A DNA stretch of 32,000 nucleotides, from assembly GCF_003428155.1 (NCBI RefSeq), contig NZ_QLIR01000008.1, forward strand, positions 54,568 to 86,567, written 5' to 3'. Below the pieces are notes generated by a model. The model had not been told where the DNA came from, ran no database searches, and was given only the letters and a program-made list of their open reading frames with translations. The stretch's first letter is position 1; every line of letters starts with the position of its first letter. The DNA comes from Fastidiosibacter lacustris. Lineage in GTDB: Bacteria > Pseudomonadota > Gammaproteobacteria > Francisellales > Francisellaceae. The position numbers and the translations under genes were made by a program. Shown in pieces: positions 21,537 to 30,555 of the stretch.

Positions 21537-21908
21537 GTGCAACTTGAACTTGAAAAACCAGATACTAACGTTTATGTCAAACACTACCAAAATGGAAAAA
21601 TAATATTACCACATCAAACTTATACCAATAGCATTATTATTACTCCCTCCAACGTAATCAGTGAGTGCTGGTCAATTACACATGCTTCTATGTTAACTAT
21701 TGAATCACTCGAATTGCTTTTTGAACTTAATGTAGATATCTATCTTCTAGGAACAGGAATAAATGCGCTTATTCCAGCCCCTGAAATCCTAGGCGCATTT
21801 GCCCGCTTAGGCAAACCGCTTGATTTTATGGACTCTGGGGCGGCTTGCCGCACCTTTAACATTCTTGCAAATGAAGCACGTAATGTAGCTGCTGCCATTA
21901 TTGCATAA
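21537..21908 (+). CDS. Mth938-like domain protein (DUF498)
   Basis: 123 aa; LELLFELNVDIYLLGTGINALIPAPEILGAFARLGKPLDFMDSGAACRTFNILANEARNVAAAII is the typical Mth938/NDUFAF3-like core. Confidence 0.85.
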   Translation: MQLELEKPDTNVYVKHYQNGKIILPHQTYTNSIIITPSNVISECWSITHASMLTIESLELLFELNVDIYLLGTGINALIPAPEILGAFARLGKPLDFMDSGAACRTFNILANEARNVAAAIIA

Positions 21909-22008
21909 TGTGAGCAAGGATCCTGCTTTACCTTGGAGCAGGCTTGACTTATCACTTAGACAAAACGTATTATCACATTACTTTTAGAACATGAGCAATC
22001 GATAGATT

Positions 22009-23202
22009 ATGATTATAAAACCAGAAGTCATGCGTGGTGGACTTGTTAAAAACCCACATCCAATAGGCTGCAAAGCTGTCGTTGAAAAACAGATTAACTA
22101 TATGAAGAAAAAATCTTGCTTTAGCGATAAAAAACGAGCTCTGATTATTGGTGGCTCATCTGGTTATGGACTTGCCTCTCGCATTGCACTGGCTTATGGT
22201 GCTTATGCCGATACAATTTGTATTTCTTTTGAATCCGGCATTTCTGACAAACGTATTGGGACTGCTGGTTGGTGGAATAATATTTGGTTTAAAGAGCAAG
22301 CCGAAAAAGATGGATTAATCGCTAAGAATATCATTGGTGATGCTTTTTCAGATGAAGTCAAACAACAAACCATTAGCCTTATCAAGAAAACATTTGATGG
22401 GAAAATAGATGTTGTTATTTACAGCCTTGCCTCACCTAGGCGTACAGATCCCAAAACTGGAATCACTCATAACTCTGTACTCAAAAGTACTATTGGTGAA
22501 ATTTCAGCACCAACGTTAGATTTAAACAAACAAACGATTGTGTCAGGCAAAATGCTAGAAGCTACAAAACATGACATTGATGAAACAATTAAGGTCATGG
22601 GCGGGGAAGATTGGCAATTATGGATTGAAGCATTAAAAGATGCGAATGTATTGGCTCAAAACTTCAAAACGACTGCTTATTCATATGATGGTGCCGATGC
22701 AACAGATGCCATCTACAAAAAAGGGACTATTGGTGCTGCCAAACGCCATTTAGAGAAAACCGCACTTGAGTTAAACTACATGCTACAGGGTATTCATGGA
22801 GAGGCATTTGTGACTGTTTTAAAAGCACTTGTAACTAAGGCCAGCGCTTTTATTCCACTTTTCCCACTGTATGGTTGTGCTCTCTTTAAAGTCATGAAAC
22901 AACAAGGCACTCATGAAAACACTATTGAACAAATAGATCGCTTCATGCGTGACATGATGTATGGTAATAAACGTATTATTGATGAGACCCAGCGTGTGCG
23001 CTCTGACAATTTGGAAATGGATGTTAACACTCAACGCCTTACCAACGAAATTATGGCAAAAATGACTGCTGAAAACTTTAAAAAAATCAGTGACTTCGAT
23101 GGATTTTACCAAGACTTTTTAGAACTGAATGGCTTTAATATAGAAGGAGTTGATTACAATCTCGCTATAGATAGCGAAGCATTAAAAACTAAACAACCTT
23201 AA
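22009..23202 (+). CDS. fabV: Enoyl-[acyl-carrier-protein] reductase FabV
   Basis: MIIKPEVMRGGLVKNPHPIGC, ALIIGGSSGYGLASRIALAYGA, YSLASPRRTDPKTGITHNSVLKSTIG, YSYDGADATDAIYKKGTIGAAKRHLEKTA. Confidence 0.97.
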   Translation: MIIKPEVMRGGLVKNPHPIGCKAVVEKQINYMKKKSCFSDKKRALIIGGSSGYGLASRIALAYGAYADTICISFESGISDKRIGTAGWWNNIWFKEQAEKDGLIAKNIIGDAFSDEVKQQTISLIKKTFDGKIDVVIYSLASPRRTDPKTGITHNSVLKSTIGEISAPTLDLNKQTIVSGKMLEATKHDIDETIKVMGGEDWQLWIEALKDANVLAQNFKTTAYSYDGADATDAIYKKGTIGAAKRHLEKTALELNYMLQGIHGEAFVTVLKALVTKASAFIPLFPLYGCALFKVMKQQGTHENTIEQIDRFMRDMMYGNKRIIDETQRVRSDNLEMDVNTQRLTNEIMAKMTAENFKKISDFDGFYQDFLELNGFNIEGVDYNLAIDSEALKTKQP

Positions 23203-23261
23203 CTCATGCCTTAGAAGTAACCCTCTGTATTCCGCTGATGAGATATTATGAAATGATTATT

Positions 23262-23348
23262 TGGTGCCAGAGGCCGGACTCGAACCGGCACAGTGTTGCC
23301 ACCGGTGGATTTTGAGTCCACTGCGTCTACCAATTTCGCCACTCTGGC
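23262..23348 (-). tRNA. tRNA-Leu (anticodon CAA)
   Basis: 87 nt: GCCAGAG-TGGCGAAATTGGTAGACGC-AGTGGACTCAAAATCCAC-CGGTGGCAACACTG-T-GCCGGTTCGAGTCCGGC-CTCTGGC-A-CCA. Acceptor, anticodon and T stems pair, long class II variable arm, encoded CCA. Confidence 0.97.
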
Positions 23349-23549
23349 ACAAATCTGTGCTGAATTTCATATTCATAAGACCTAAGCAAGAAAATTTGAA
23401 ACTACCATGTTTGTTAATCCTAATCTTTTCCAACCAGGTTAAAACAGGGTTTATTCTAGCTAAAACATAAGTGAAGTCAAACATTATTTTCTAGATTTCA
23501 ACTAAAAGCCCTTAGCATATTCAACAAAACTTAAAATACATGCATTTTA

Positions 23550-24668
<1,119 letters not shown>

Positions 24669-24872
24669 TTATTACTGGTTCTAAAAAAGATGGCTCATAG
24701 TAGACAATTCATTCTCAAAAAGCAATTTTAAGCTTATCTAACACCAGTCTATCTTAATTAAATTTTTAAGACTGACCCAAGCTTAACCTAGGAAAACACT
24801 GACTGAAAAACCAAGTACAAGTAGCTCTCAAACTAACAGAGTTTTAAAAGCTAAAACGTCTTACGCCATCAA

Positions 24873-27185
24873 CTAAAATAACCAAGAAATACCAACCGCC
24901 ACACTGTCATCCCGTATAACTTCTCCCGCACTGTTTCGTAAGCTCTTTAAAGCTCCATAATAATCCGTATGGCTAAAATCGATGTAAAGACTTAACCCTG
25001 GCTTTAAGCGATAATAGGGACGAATGGTCCACTTGAGGATATTTAGACCGCTGCCAATGTAATCTTCGGCGATGGTTTTGGTGGCCGCAATACTATGGAT
25101 GCCGGTACGGATAAATAAATTATCAGTCAACTGATTATCCCGAGTAAGCTGTATATCGAGCTTCGTGCTGCCTTTATGGACATATGCACGGATGTCCGTA
25201 TCAATAAAATAAGGCATTAAGCCTTCAATACCAATACCTGGTTGTACATACGGTGTTTTAGCAGGGCGATATACATAGTTCACACCGCCTTTAATGACCC
25301 AAAACTCGCTCACAAGATGCCAATAAAAGACATCAACATTGGCTTGTTCCATTTTATCCTTATTTACTTCCATATCTTCTGCATAAATTTCAAGTTTATG
25401 ATAATCACCACCAATCCGAGTTTTTAATGTGGTTTCGTAACTCCCTTTCAAATCAGTGGCTACATCTAAGTGACTATCGTGATACCAAGTAGATTTGTGC
25501 GCCATATTGTTGCTAAGAAGTAATTGTGCTATTTCATTATTTCCTCTATGCGCTTTTTCTTGAGCATCCTCATAGCGCAAGATGCGACTCATCCCCGCTT
25601 GCATGTGATAGAGGTTATGACAATGTAAAATCCATTGACCACTGGCATCAGCTTCAAAGTCAGCGGTAATAGTTGTGCCAGGCGGCACATCAATCGTATG
25701 AAGTAAAGGATCATAGGCGCCATAACCGTTGCGTAGAATAAACCAGTGTCCATGAATGTGCATGGGATGGTGCATCATGCTGTTATTGGTAAAAATAATC
25801 CGGTAACGCTTGCCTTTTTCTAAGAGAATGGGCTTAGCATGATACTCAGAAACACCGTTAATAAACCACATGTATCTCTCCATATAGCCTGAGAGTTCCA
25901 TTTTGATAGGAATGACAGATTTATTAGGATCATTGGTCTTATGAGTTGCTTTGAGTGTCTGGTATTTATGCTCAAACACAACTGGTCTCTCATGCTGCGT
26001 CTTGGTATGAGAAGCAGGCATATCCATACCTTCATGGATCATCGGTACATTCAGATCAACAGGATGGGCTGTATGTGATGTCATTCCCGCCATATTATGA
26101 CCTGCCATATTGTGATCACTCATTTTGAGTTTGGGTTCAGGAAAGGGTGAAATACCACTCACATCTAGAGATTGCTGTAAATCTGTAACCAGTGCGCCAT
26201 AAACTTTACCAACTTTATCAGTGGATTCCACATAGATAATATAGGGTCTCTTTTGGGTGATGTTGACTAACACATCATAGGTTTCACCTGGAGCTAAGGT
26301 AAGACTATCTATATCATAGGGTTGCACGTTACTACCCTGCACATGCACCACATGCAGCTTGCTGCCAGGTATTTTAACCCGAAAAAGGCTATTGGCCCCA
26401 GCATTAATTAAACGTAAACGGATTGTATCACCCACGTTGACTAAAGCCTTCCAGGGGTTTTGCGTAGTATGACCGTTTAGTAAGAATGCATCATAGGCAA
26501 CATCACTAAAATCATACGGACTCATGCGCATAGACTGCATCATCTTATAATTGTCAACCAGTTCTTGGCGTCCTTTAGCTGTACCGTTGCGGTATCTCTT
26601 TATAAAATCCTGTAAAGATGGTTGCATAGGAAATCGTGGTGAGTAATAATCACCTTCTTTTTTCAGATTTGCATAAATTTGTTCAGGCGGGGTATTGCTC
26701 CAATCGGAAAGTACGATAGGGTAGTCTTTCGTGACCTTGATAGTTTCTTGCTTAGGGTGAATAATCAGTGCTCCATATAAACCTTGCTGTTCTTGTAGCC
26801 CCTCATGCGCATGATACCAATACGTGCCTGATTGCTTTAAGGTAAAACGATACTGAAAAACACCACTAGGTGGAATTGACTGTTGACTAATAAGAGGGAC
26901 GCCATCCATTTGCCAGGGTAAAATCAAACCGTGCCAATGAATGGAAGTGGGTTTATTCAAGTGGTTATATACGTTAATGGTGACCGTATCGCCTTCGATG
27001 AAATGTAACGTCGGTCCTGGTATCTGACCGTTAATGGTCAAGGCTTGAACGTTCTTTCCGGTAAAATTCACAGTTTTGTAATCTATCGTCAAATCCACAA
27101 TACGGTTCGCCGCCCATGCGGTAGGTAGTGTAACTATACTGAAGACGAAACTGCTTAAAAGAGTACTGACTAATCCTGTATTCAT
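24873..27185 (-). CDS. Multicopper oxidase (CopA-like) with an apparent C-terminal CopB-like outer-membrane domain
   Basis: 770 aa; Sec-type signal peptide; copper motifs SIHWHG, YWYHAHEG, HHPMHIHGHWF, WILHCHNLYHMQAGM; Met/His-rich MSDHNMAGHNMAGMTSHTAHPVDLNVPMIHEGMDMP. About 190 C-terminal residues (TLKTRIGGDYHKLEIYAEDMEVNKDKM...FWVIKGGVNYVYRP...GIGIEGLMPYFIDTDIRAYVHKGST..VGISWLF) look like alternating beta-barrel strands of CopB/PcoB type. Confidence 0.9.
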   Translation of the reverse strand: MNTGLVSTLLSSFVFSIVTLPTAWAANRIVDLTIDYKTVNFTGKNVQALTINGQIPGPTLHFIEGDTVTINVYNHLNKPTSIHWHGLILPWQMDGVPLISQQSIPPSGVFQYRFTLKQSGTYWYHAHEGLQEQQGLYGALIIHPKQETIKVTKDYPIVLSDWSNTPPEQIYANLKKEGDYYSPRFPMQPSLQDFIKRYRNGTAKGRQELVDNYKMMQSMRMSPYDFSDVAYDAFLLNGHTTQNPWKALVNVGDTIRLRLINAGANSLFRVKIPGSKLHVVHVQGSNVQPYDIDSLTLAPGETYDVLVNITQKRPYIIYVESTDKVGKVYGALVTDLQQSLDVSGISPFPEPKLKMSDHNMAGHNMAGMTSHTAHPVDLNVPMIHEGMDMPASHTKTQHERPVVFEHKYQTLKATHKTNDPNKSVIPIKMELSGYMERYMWFINGVSEYHAKPILLEKGKRYRIIFTNNSMMHHPMHIHGHWFILRNGYGAYDPLLHTIDVPPGTTITADFEADASGQWILHCHNLYHMQAGMSRILRYEDAQEKAHRGNNEIAQLLLSNNMAHKSTWYHDSHLDVATDLKGSYETTLKTRIGGDYHKLEIYAEDMEVNKDKMEQANVDVFYWHLVSEFWVIKGGVNYVYRPAKTPYVQPGIGIEGLMPYFIDTDIRAYVHKGSTKLDIQLTRDNQLTDNLFIRTGIHSIAATKTIAEDYIGSGLNILKWTIRPYYRLKPGLSLYIDFSHTDYYGALKSLRNSAGEVIRDDSVAVGISWLF

Positions 27186-27207
27186 GGTGTTTGACCTCCC
27201 TCACGAA

Positions 27208-27240
27208 TTTGGGACACTTTTGAATTTTCGACTCCATCAT
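27208..27240. repeat. 33-bp direct-repeat copy B (possible insertion-element end remnant)
   Basis: TTTGGGACACTTTTGAATTTTCGACTCCATCAT; 31/33 identical to 6593-6625; lies between the putP stop and the multicopper oxidase start. Confidence 0.85.
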
Positions 27241-27259
27241 ACCTTTAATCGCCAACAAG

Positions 27260-28720
27260 TTACAGCCTTTCCTTTGTTTGACTATATTGCTCAAGGATTA
27301 ACTGATTTGGTATTTTGCTCATTAAACTTGCAACAACAATTGCAACACAAGCAAAAATAAAACCAGGTAAAAGTTCATATAACTCGAAAAAACCACCCAA
27401 GAATTTTAAGTAAGGCCATATAATCACAGTTAGCGCACCCACAACTATTCCTGCAAACGCACCAACTAAATTCATCCTGCGCCAATAAAGCGATAAAATA
27501 ATAATAGGACCAAATGACGCACCTAACCCTGCCCAGGCATAGCCAACTAAATTTAGGATTGAGTTTTTGGGATTAAGCGCAAATAGCATTGCAATAATAG
27601 CAATCATAAGCACAACTATACGACTAACAATAAGCATCTCATTGACCGTAGCATACGGACGAATAAATTTATGGTAAAAATCCTCTACCACCGCACTTGA
27701 TGATGCCAATAATTGTGCTGAGGCTGTACTCATTGTAGCAGATAGCACGGCAGCCAATAAAGCACCCGCCACCCACGGATCAAACAACATTTGTGAAAGT
27801 AAAACAAATACCGTTTCAGGATTTTGAAGCATATTTGGGGCAAAATAAGCAATACCTAATAAACCTGTAAATACCGCACCCAAAAGTGCGATACACATCC
27901 ACGTCATGCAAATAAACTGTGCCTGAGGAACAGACTTTGCGGTTTTTGTAGCCATGAATCGCACCAAAATATGTGGTTGACCAAAATACCCTAAACCCCA
28001 AGCAAAAAGAGAAATCACACCGACTAAAGTCGTATCTTTAAATACATTTAAATATACAGATGATTGCTGAGAGACCATTGTTAACGCATCACTCAAACTC
28101 CCAATATGCATCCATACCGCAATTGGCACTATGATAAGTGCAATGAACATTAACGACCCTTGGAAAAAATCGACCCATGAAATCGCTAAAAAACCACCTA
28201 TACAGGTATATACTAAAATAATAAACGCAGTAATATATAAACCAGTTGAATAGTCGATCTGAAATGTAGAACCAAATAAAAGCCCACCTGCCACAAAACC
28301 TGAAGCTGTGTAAAAAGTGAAAAAAATCAAAATAACGATTGCACTTAGTAAGCGCAAAAGTCCTGTTTTATCACCAAAGCGATTCTCAAAATAAGATGGA
28401 ATCGTAATCGAATCATTGGCCATTTCGGTATAAACACGTAAACGCCTCGCAACAAACTGCCAATTTAAATAAGCACCTAATGCTAACCCAATCGGCAGCC
28501 AAATTTGGTTTAATCCATTTAACATCACCGTACCTGGTAATGCTAATAACAGCCAGGAACTCATATCCGAAGCACCTGCACCTAACGCAGCAATTGGGCC
28601 ACTTAATGATCGACCACCAAGCATATAGTCATGTAAATTTTTGGTGTAAAAGTATGAACACACCGCTAAACCAAAAATAATAACAATATATAATACAAAG
28701 ACGATAACAAGTGCTGACAT
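27260..28720 (-). CDS. putP: Sodium/proline symporter (SSS family)
   Basis: YMLGGRSLSGPIAALGAGASDMSSWLLLALPGTVMLNGLNQIW, NDSITIPSYFENRFGDKTGLLRLLSA, GGFLAISWVDFFQGSLM, AFNPKNSILNLVGYAWAGLGASFGP-like segment. Confidence 0.94.
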   Translation of the reverse strand: MSALVIVFVLYIVIIFGLAVCSYFYTKNLHDYMLGGRSLSGPIAALGAGASDMSSWLLLALPGTVMLNGLNQIWLPIGLALGAYLNWQFVARRLRVYTEMANDSITIPSYFENRFGDKTGLLRLLSAIVILIFFTFYTASGFVAGGLLFGSTFQIDYSTGLYITAFIILVYTCIGGFLAISWVDFFQGSLMFIALIIVPIAVWMHIGSLSDALTMVSQQSSVYLNVFKDTTLVGVISLFAWGLGYFGQPHILVRFMATKTAKSVPQAQFICMTWMCIALLGAVFTGLLGIAYFAPNMLQNPETVFVLLSQMLFDPWVAGALLAAVLSATMSTASAQLLASSSAVVEDFYHKFIRPYATVNEMLIVSRIVVLMIAIIAMLFALNPKNSILNLVGYAWAGLGASFGPIIILSLYWRRMNLVGAFAGIVVGALTVIIWPYLKFLGGFFELYELLPGFIFACVAIVVASLMSKIPNQLILEQYSQTKERL

Positions 28721-28830
28721 CTTCCTTACCTTTCGATTTCTCTACAGTAGATTTATACATTTAGATTCATGCAATACTTAAAATCTAAACACACATTAAC
28801 CATTACTTAAGTTGAAGACAATAAGCTTAA

Positions 28831-28923
28831 TTACGATCGATTCTTAAGGTAATTTACCAAGGATAAACCAACGATTACGACCAGCGGAATAAATACTATT
28901 GACCATGAGCTTAGAGTTCCCAT
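28831..28923 (-). CDS. Putative 30-aa single-TM microprotein (not in ORF track)
   Basis: ATG at 28923 with GATATAGGGGAAAATT upstream (SD GGGGA); translation MGTLSSWSIVFIPLVVIVGLSLVNYLKNRS, stop TAA at 28831: one hydrophobic helix plus a positively charged C-terminus. Confidence 0.4.
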   Translation of the reverse strand: MGTLSSWSIVFIPLVVIVGLSLVNYLKNRS

Positions 28924-29271
28924 AATTTTCCCCTATATCTTGTTGACAACCAAACCATGCTAGTTCTCCTAGCAACAGCATTGTGTCCTACTTAAGCCTA
29001 AAACACAAGATGAGAGTTAGAGCTCATGGTGATCATCAATGGCTGGAGTTGATCTAACTGGTAGTGCTTTTGTTAAAAAACTAATAAACTCGCTTACAGA
29101 TTTTGTTGGTTTATCGGTATAATCTTCCTTGTGATTGGTTCGGTTGTTTTGTTTGCACTTATAGCCTGCCAATCACCATGCCATAAGTCGATTTAAAAAC
29201 AACTACCTAACACTAAAAAAAGCGTCGGAATTCTAAACTTCAGTCAAAGAAGTAAAGGTTGAGGAAATAAT

Positions 29272-30555
29272 ATGAGTAAATACGTTATCATCGTTGGTTA
29301 TAACAACACAAGGATTTACGACGTTGCAAAAATTCGTAAAATAGCACAAAGGAAGTATGATTCTGGAGTCATCCTAATTCATGAAAATCCTGCTGCTGGA
29401 GATCAAGAATTTGCTGATTTTATCTGGCGTTATCCCCTAGTAAATGATATTGAAAATAGTTTAATGGCAATATGCAGCACCATTGCCCAGGAAAAATTCG
29501 AAATATTAGGGGTATTACCTTTTTCAGATCGTGGTGTAGAACTAGCTCTTCGTTTAGAAAGCAAATTAAAAGCTTTGCCTATAAAATGCCAATATCCTAG
29601 AGCATCCTTAGATAAAGAAATTTTTCGCAAGCTAGACCAGCAAACTACTCAACATCCTCAAAACTATCAGCCAATTTTTTCCAAAAAAGTCTTCAATTAC
29701 AACGACTATATGAATGTGATTAAGAGTTTTAAGTCTAATGTATTTGTCAAACCAAGTTCAGAAGGCAATAGCCGTGGATGCTATGCAGTTGAGTCCACGG
29801 CCGATGCACATAAAACATGGACTGAATTAGTATGCTACCATAATCAGGGTATTCTGATAGAAACGTTAATCGAAAATGTTCAAGAATACAGCTGGGATTA
29901 TGTAGCAGGAACATCATGGATTACCGATAAAAAAATTACCCATGATCAACCCGTAAAAGCAGAAATTCAACAAATCGTCCCCGCTAGGCTGAGCACAGAT
30001 CAGGAAACTATTATCAACCAAACAGGTAAACACATGATGTCATTGATCAGCAATAATCATGGCGCTTATCACAATGAAATTTTCCTGAATCATATCAACA
30101 ATCAATCTTTTGCCGTAGAAGTAAATATGCGACCTGCAGGTATGCACATATGGGATCTTGCTATGCTAGCTTTTGCTGATTTTAACCCATGGGAAAACTG
30201 GCTGGATTTTTGTATAAGTGGCAAGACCAAGAAACATCATCTCCAATTTCGTCGTTATGCTGGCATACGACAAATTGCTTCTCCTCTACGCGGGATATTA
30301 AATAACATCTCTGATTTAGCCGAATTTATTACTCCTGATAACTGCAAAATAGAATCGATTGTGATGCATAAAAAAATTGGAGACTATGTAGATAATATAA
30401 TCTCTGATAATGCTTCCTTTATTGGTCATATTATTCTGACCTCAGAGAACTATGACATGCTAGAGAAAGGACTTATTGAATTAACTTGTCAAATACAAAG
30501 TAAACTAGTTATAGTCCCCACTCTCCCAAAAGAAGAAACCGAGATTTTACAATGA
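29272..30555 (+). CDS. ATP-grasp domain ligase, substrate unknown
   Basis: 427 aa; VFVKPSSEGNSRGCYAVES, ILIETLIENVQEYSWDYVAG, YHNEIFLNHINNQSFAVEVNMRPAGMHIWDLAMLA (ATP-grasp metal site E..EVNxRPAG); SD TTGAGG upstream of the ATG. Confidence 0.85.
   Translation: MSKYVIIVGYNNTRIYDVAKIRKIAQRKYDSGVILIHENPAAGDQEFADFIWRYPLVNDIENSLMAICSTIAQEKFEILGVLPFSDRGVELALRLESKLKALPIKCQYPRASLDKEIFRKLDQQTTQHPQNYQPIFSKKVFNYNDYMNVIKSFKSNVFVKPSSEGNSRGCYAVESTADAHKTWTELVCYHNQGILIETLIENVQEYSWDYVAGTSWITDKKITHDQPVKAEIQQIVPARLSTDQETIINQTGKHMMSLISNNHGAYHNEIFLNHINNQSFAVEVNMRPAGMHIWDLAMLAFADFNPWENWLDFCISGKTKKHHLQFRRYAGIRQIASPLRGILNNISDLAEFITPDNCKIESIVMHKKIGDYVDNIISDNASFIGHIILTSENYDMLEKGLIELTCQIQSKLVIVPTLPKEETEILQ

Noticed and set aside
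21922-21942. CCTGCT...AGCAGG inverted repeat between the Mth938-like gene and fabV as a terminator
   Set aside because: Only a 6-bp stem with no following U-tract; too weak to call.
27031-27294. 87-aa ORF (MSNIVKQRKGCNLLAIKGMMESKIQKCPKFVREVKHH...) spanning the 33-bp repeat
   Set aside because: It overlaps the multicopper oxidase N-terminus out of frame and has no domain; its middle part is just translation of the repeat. Not a transposase.
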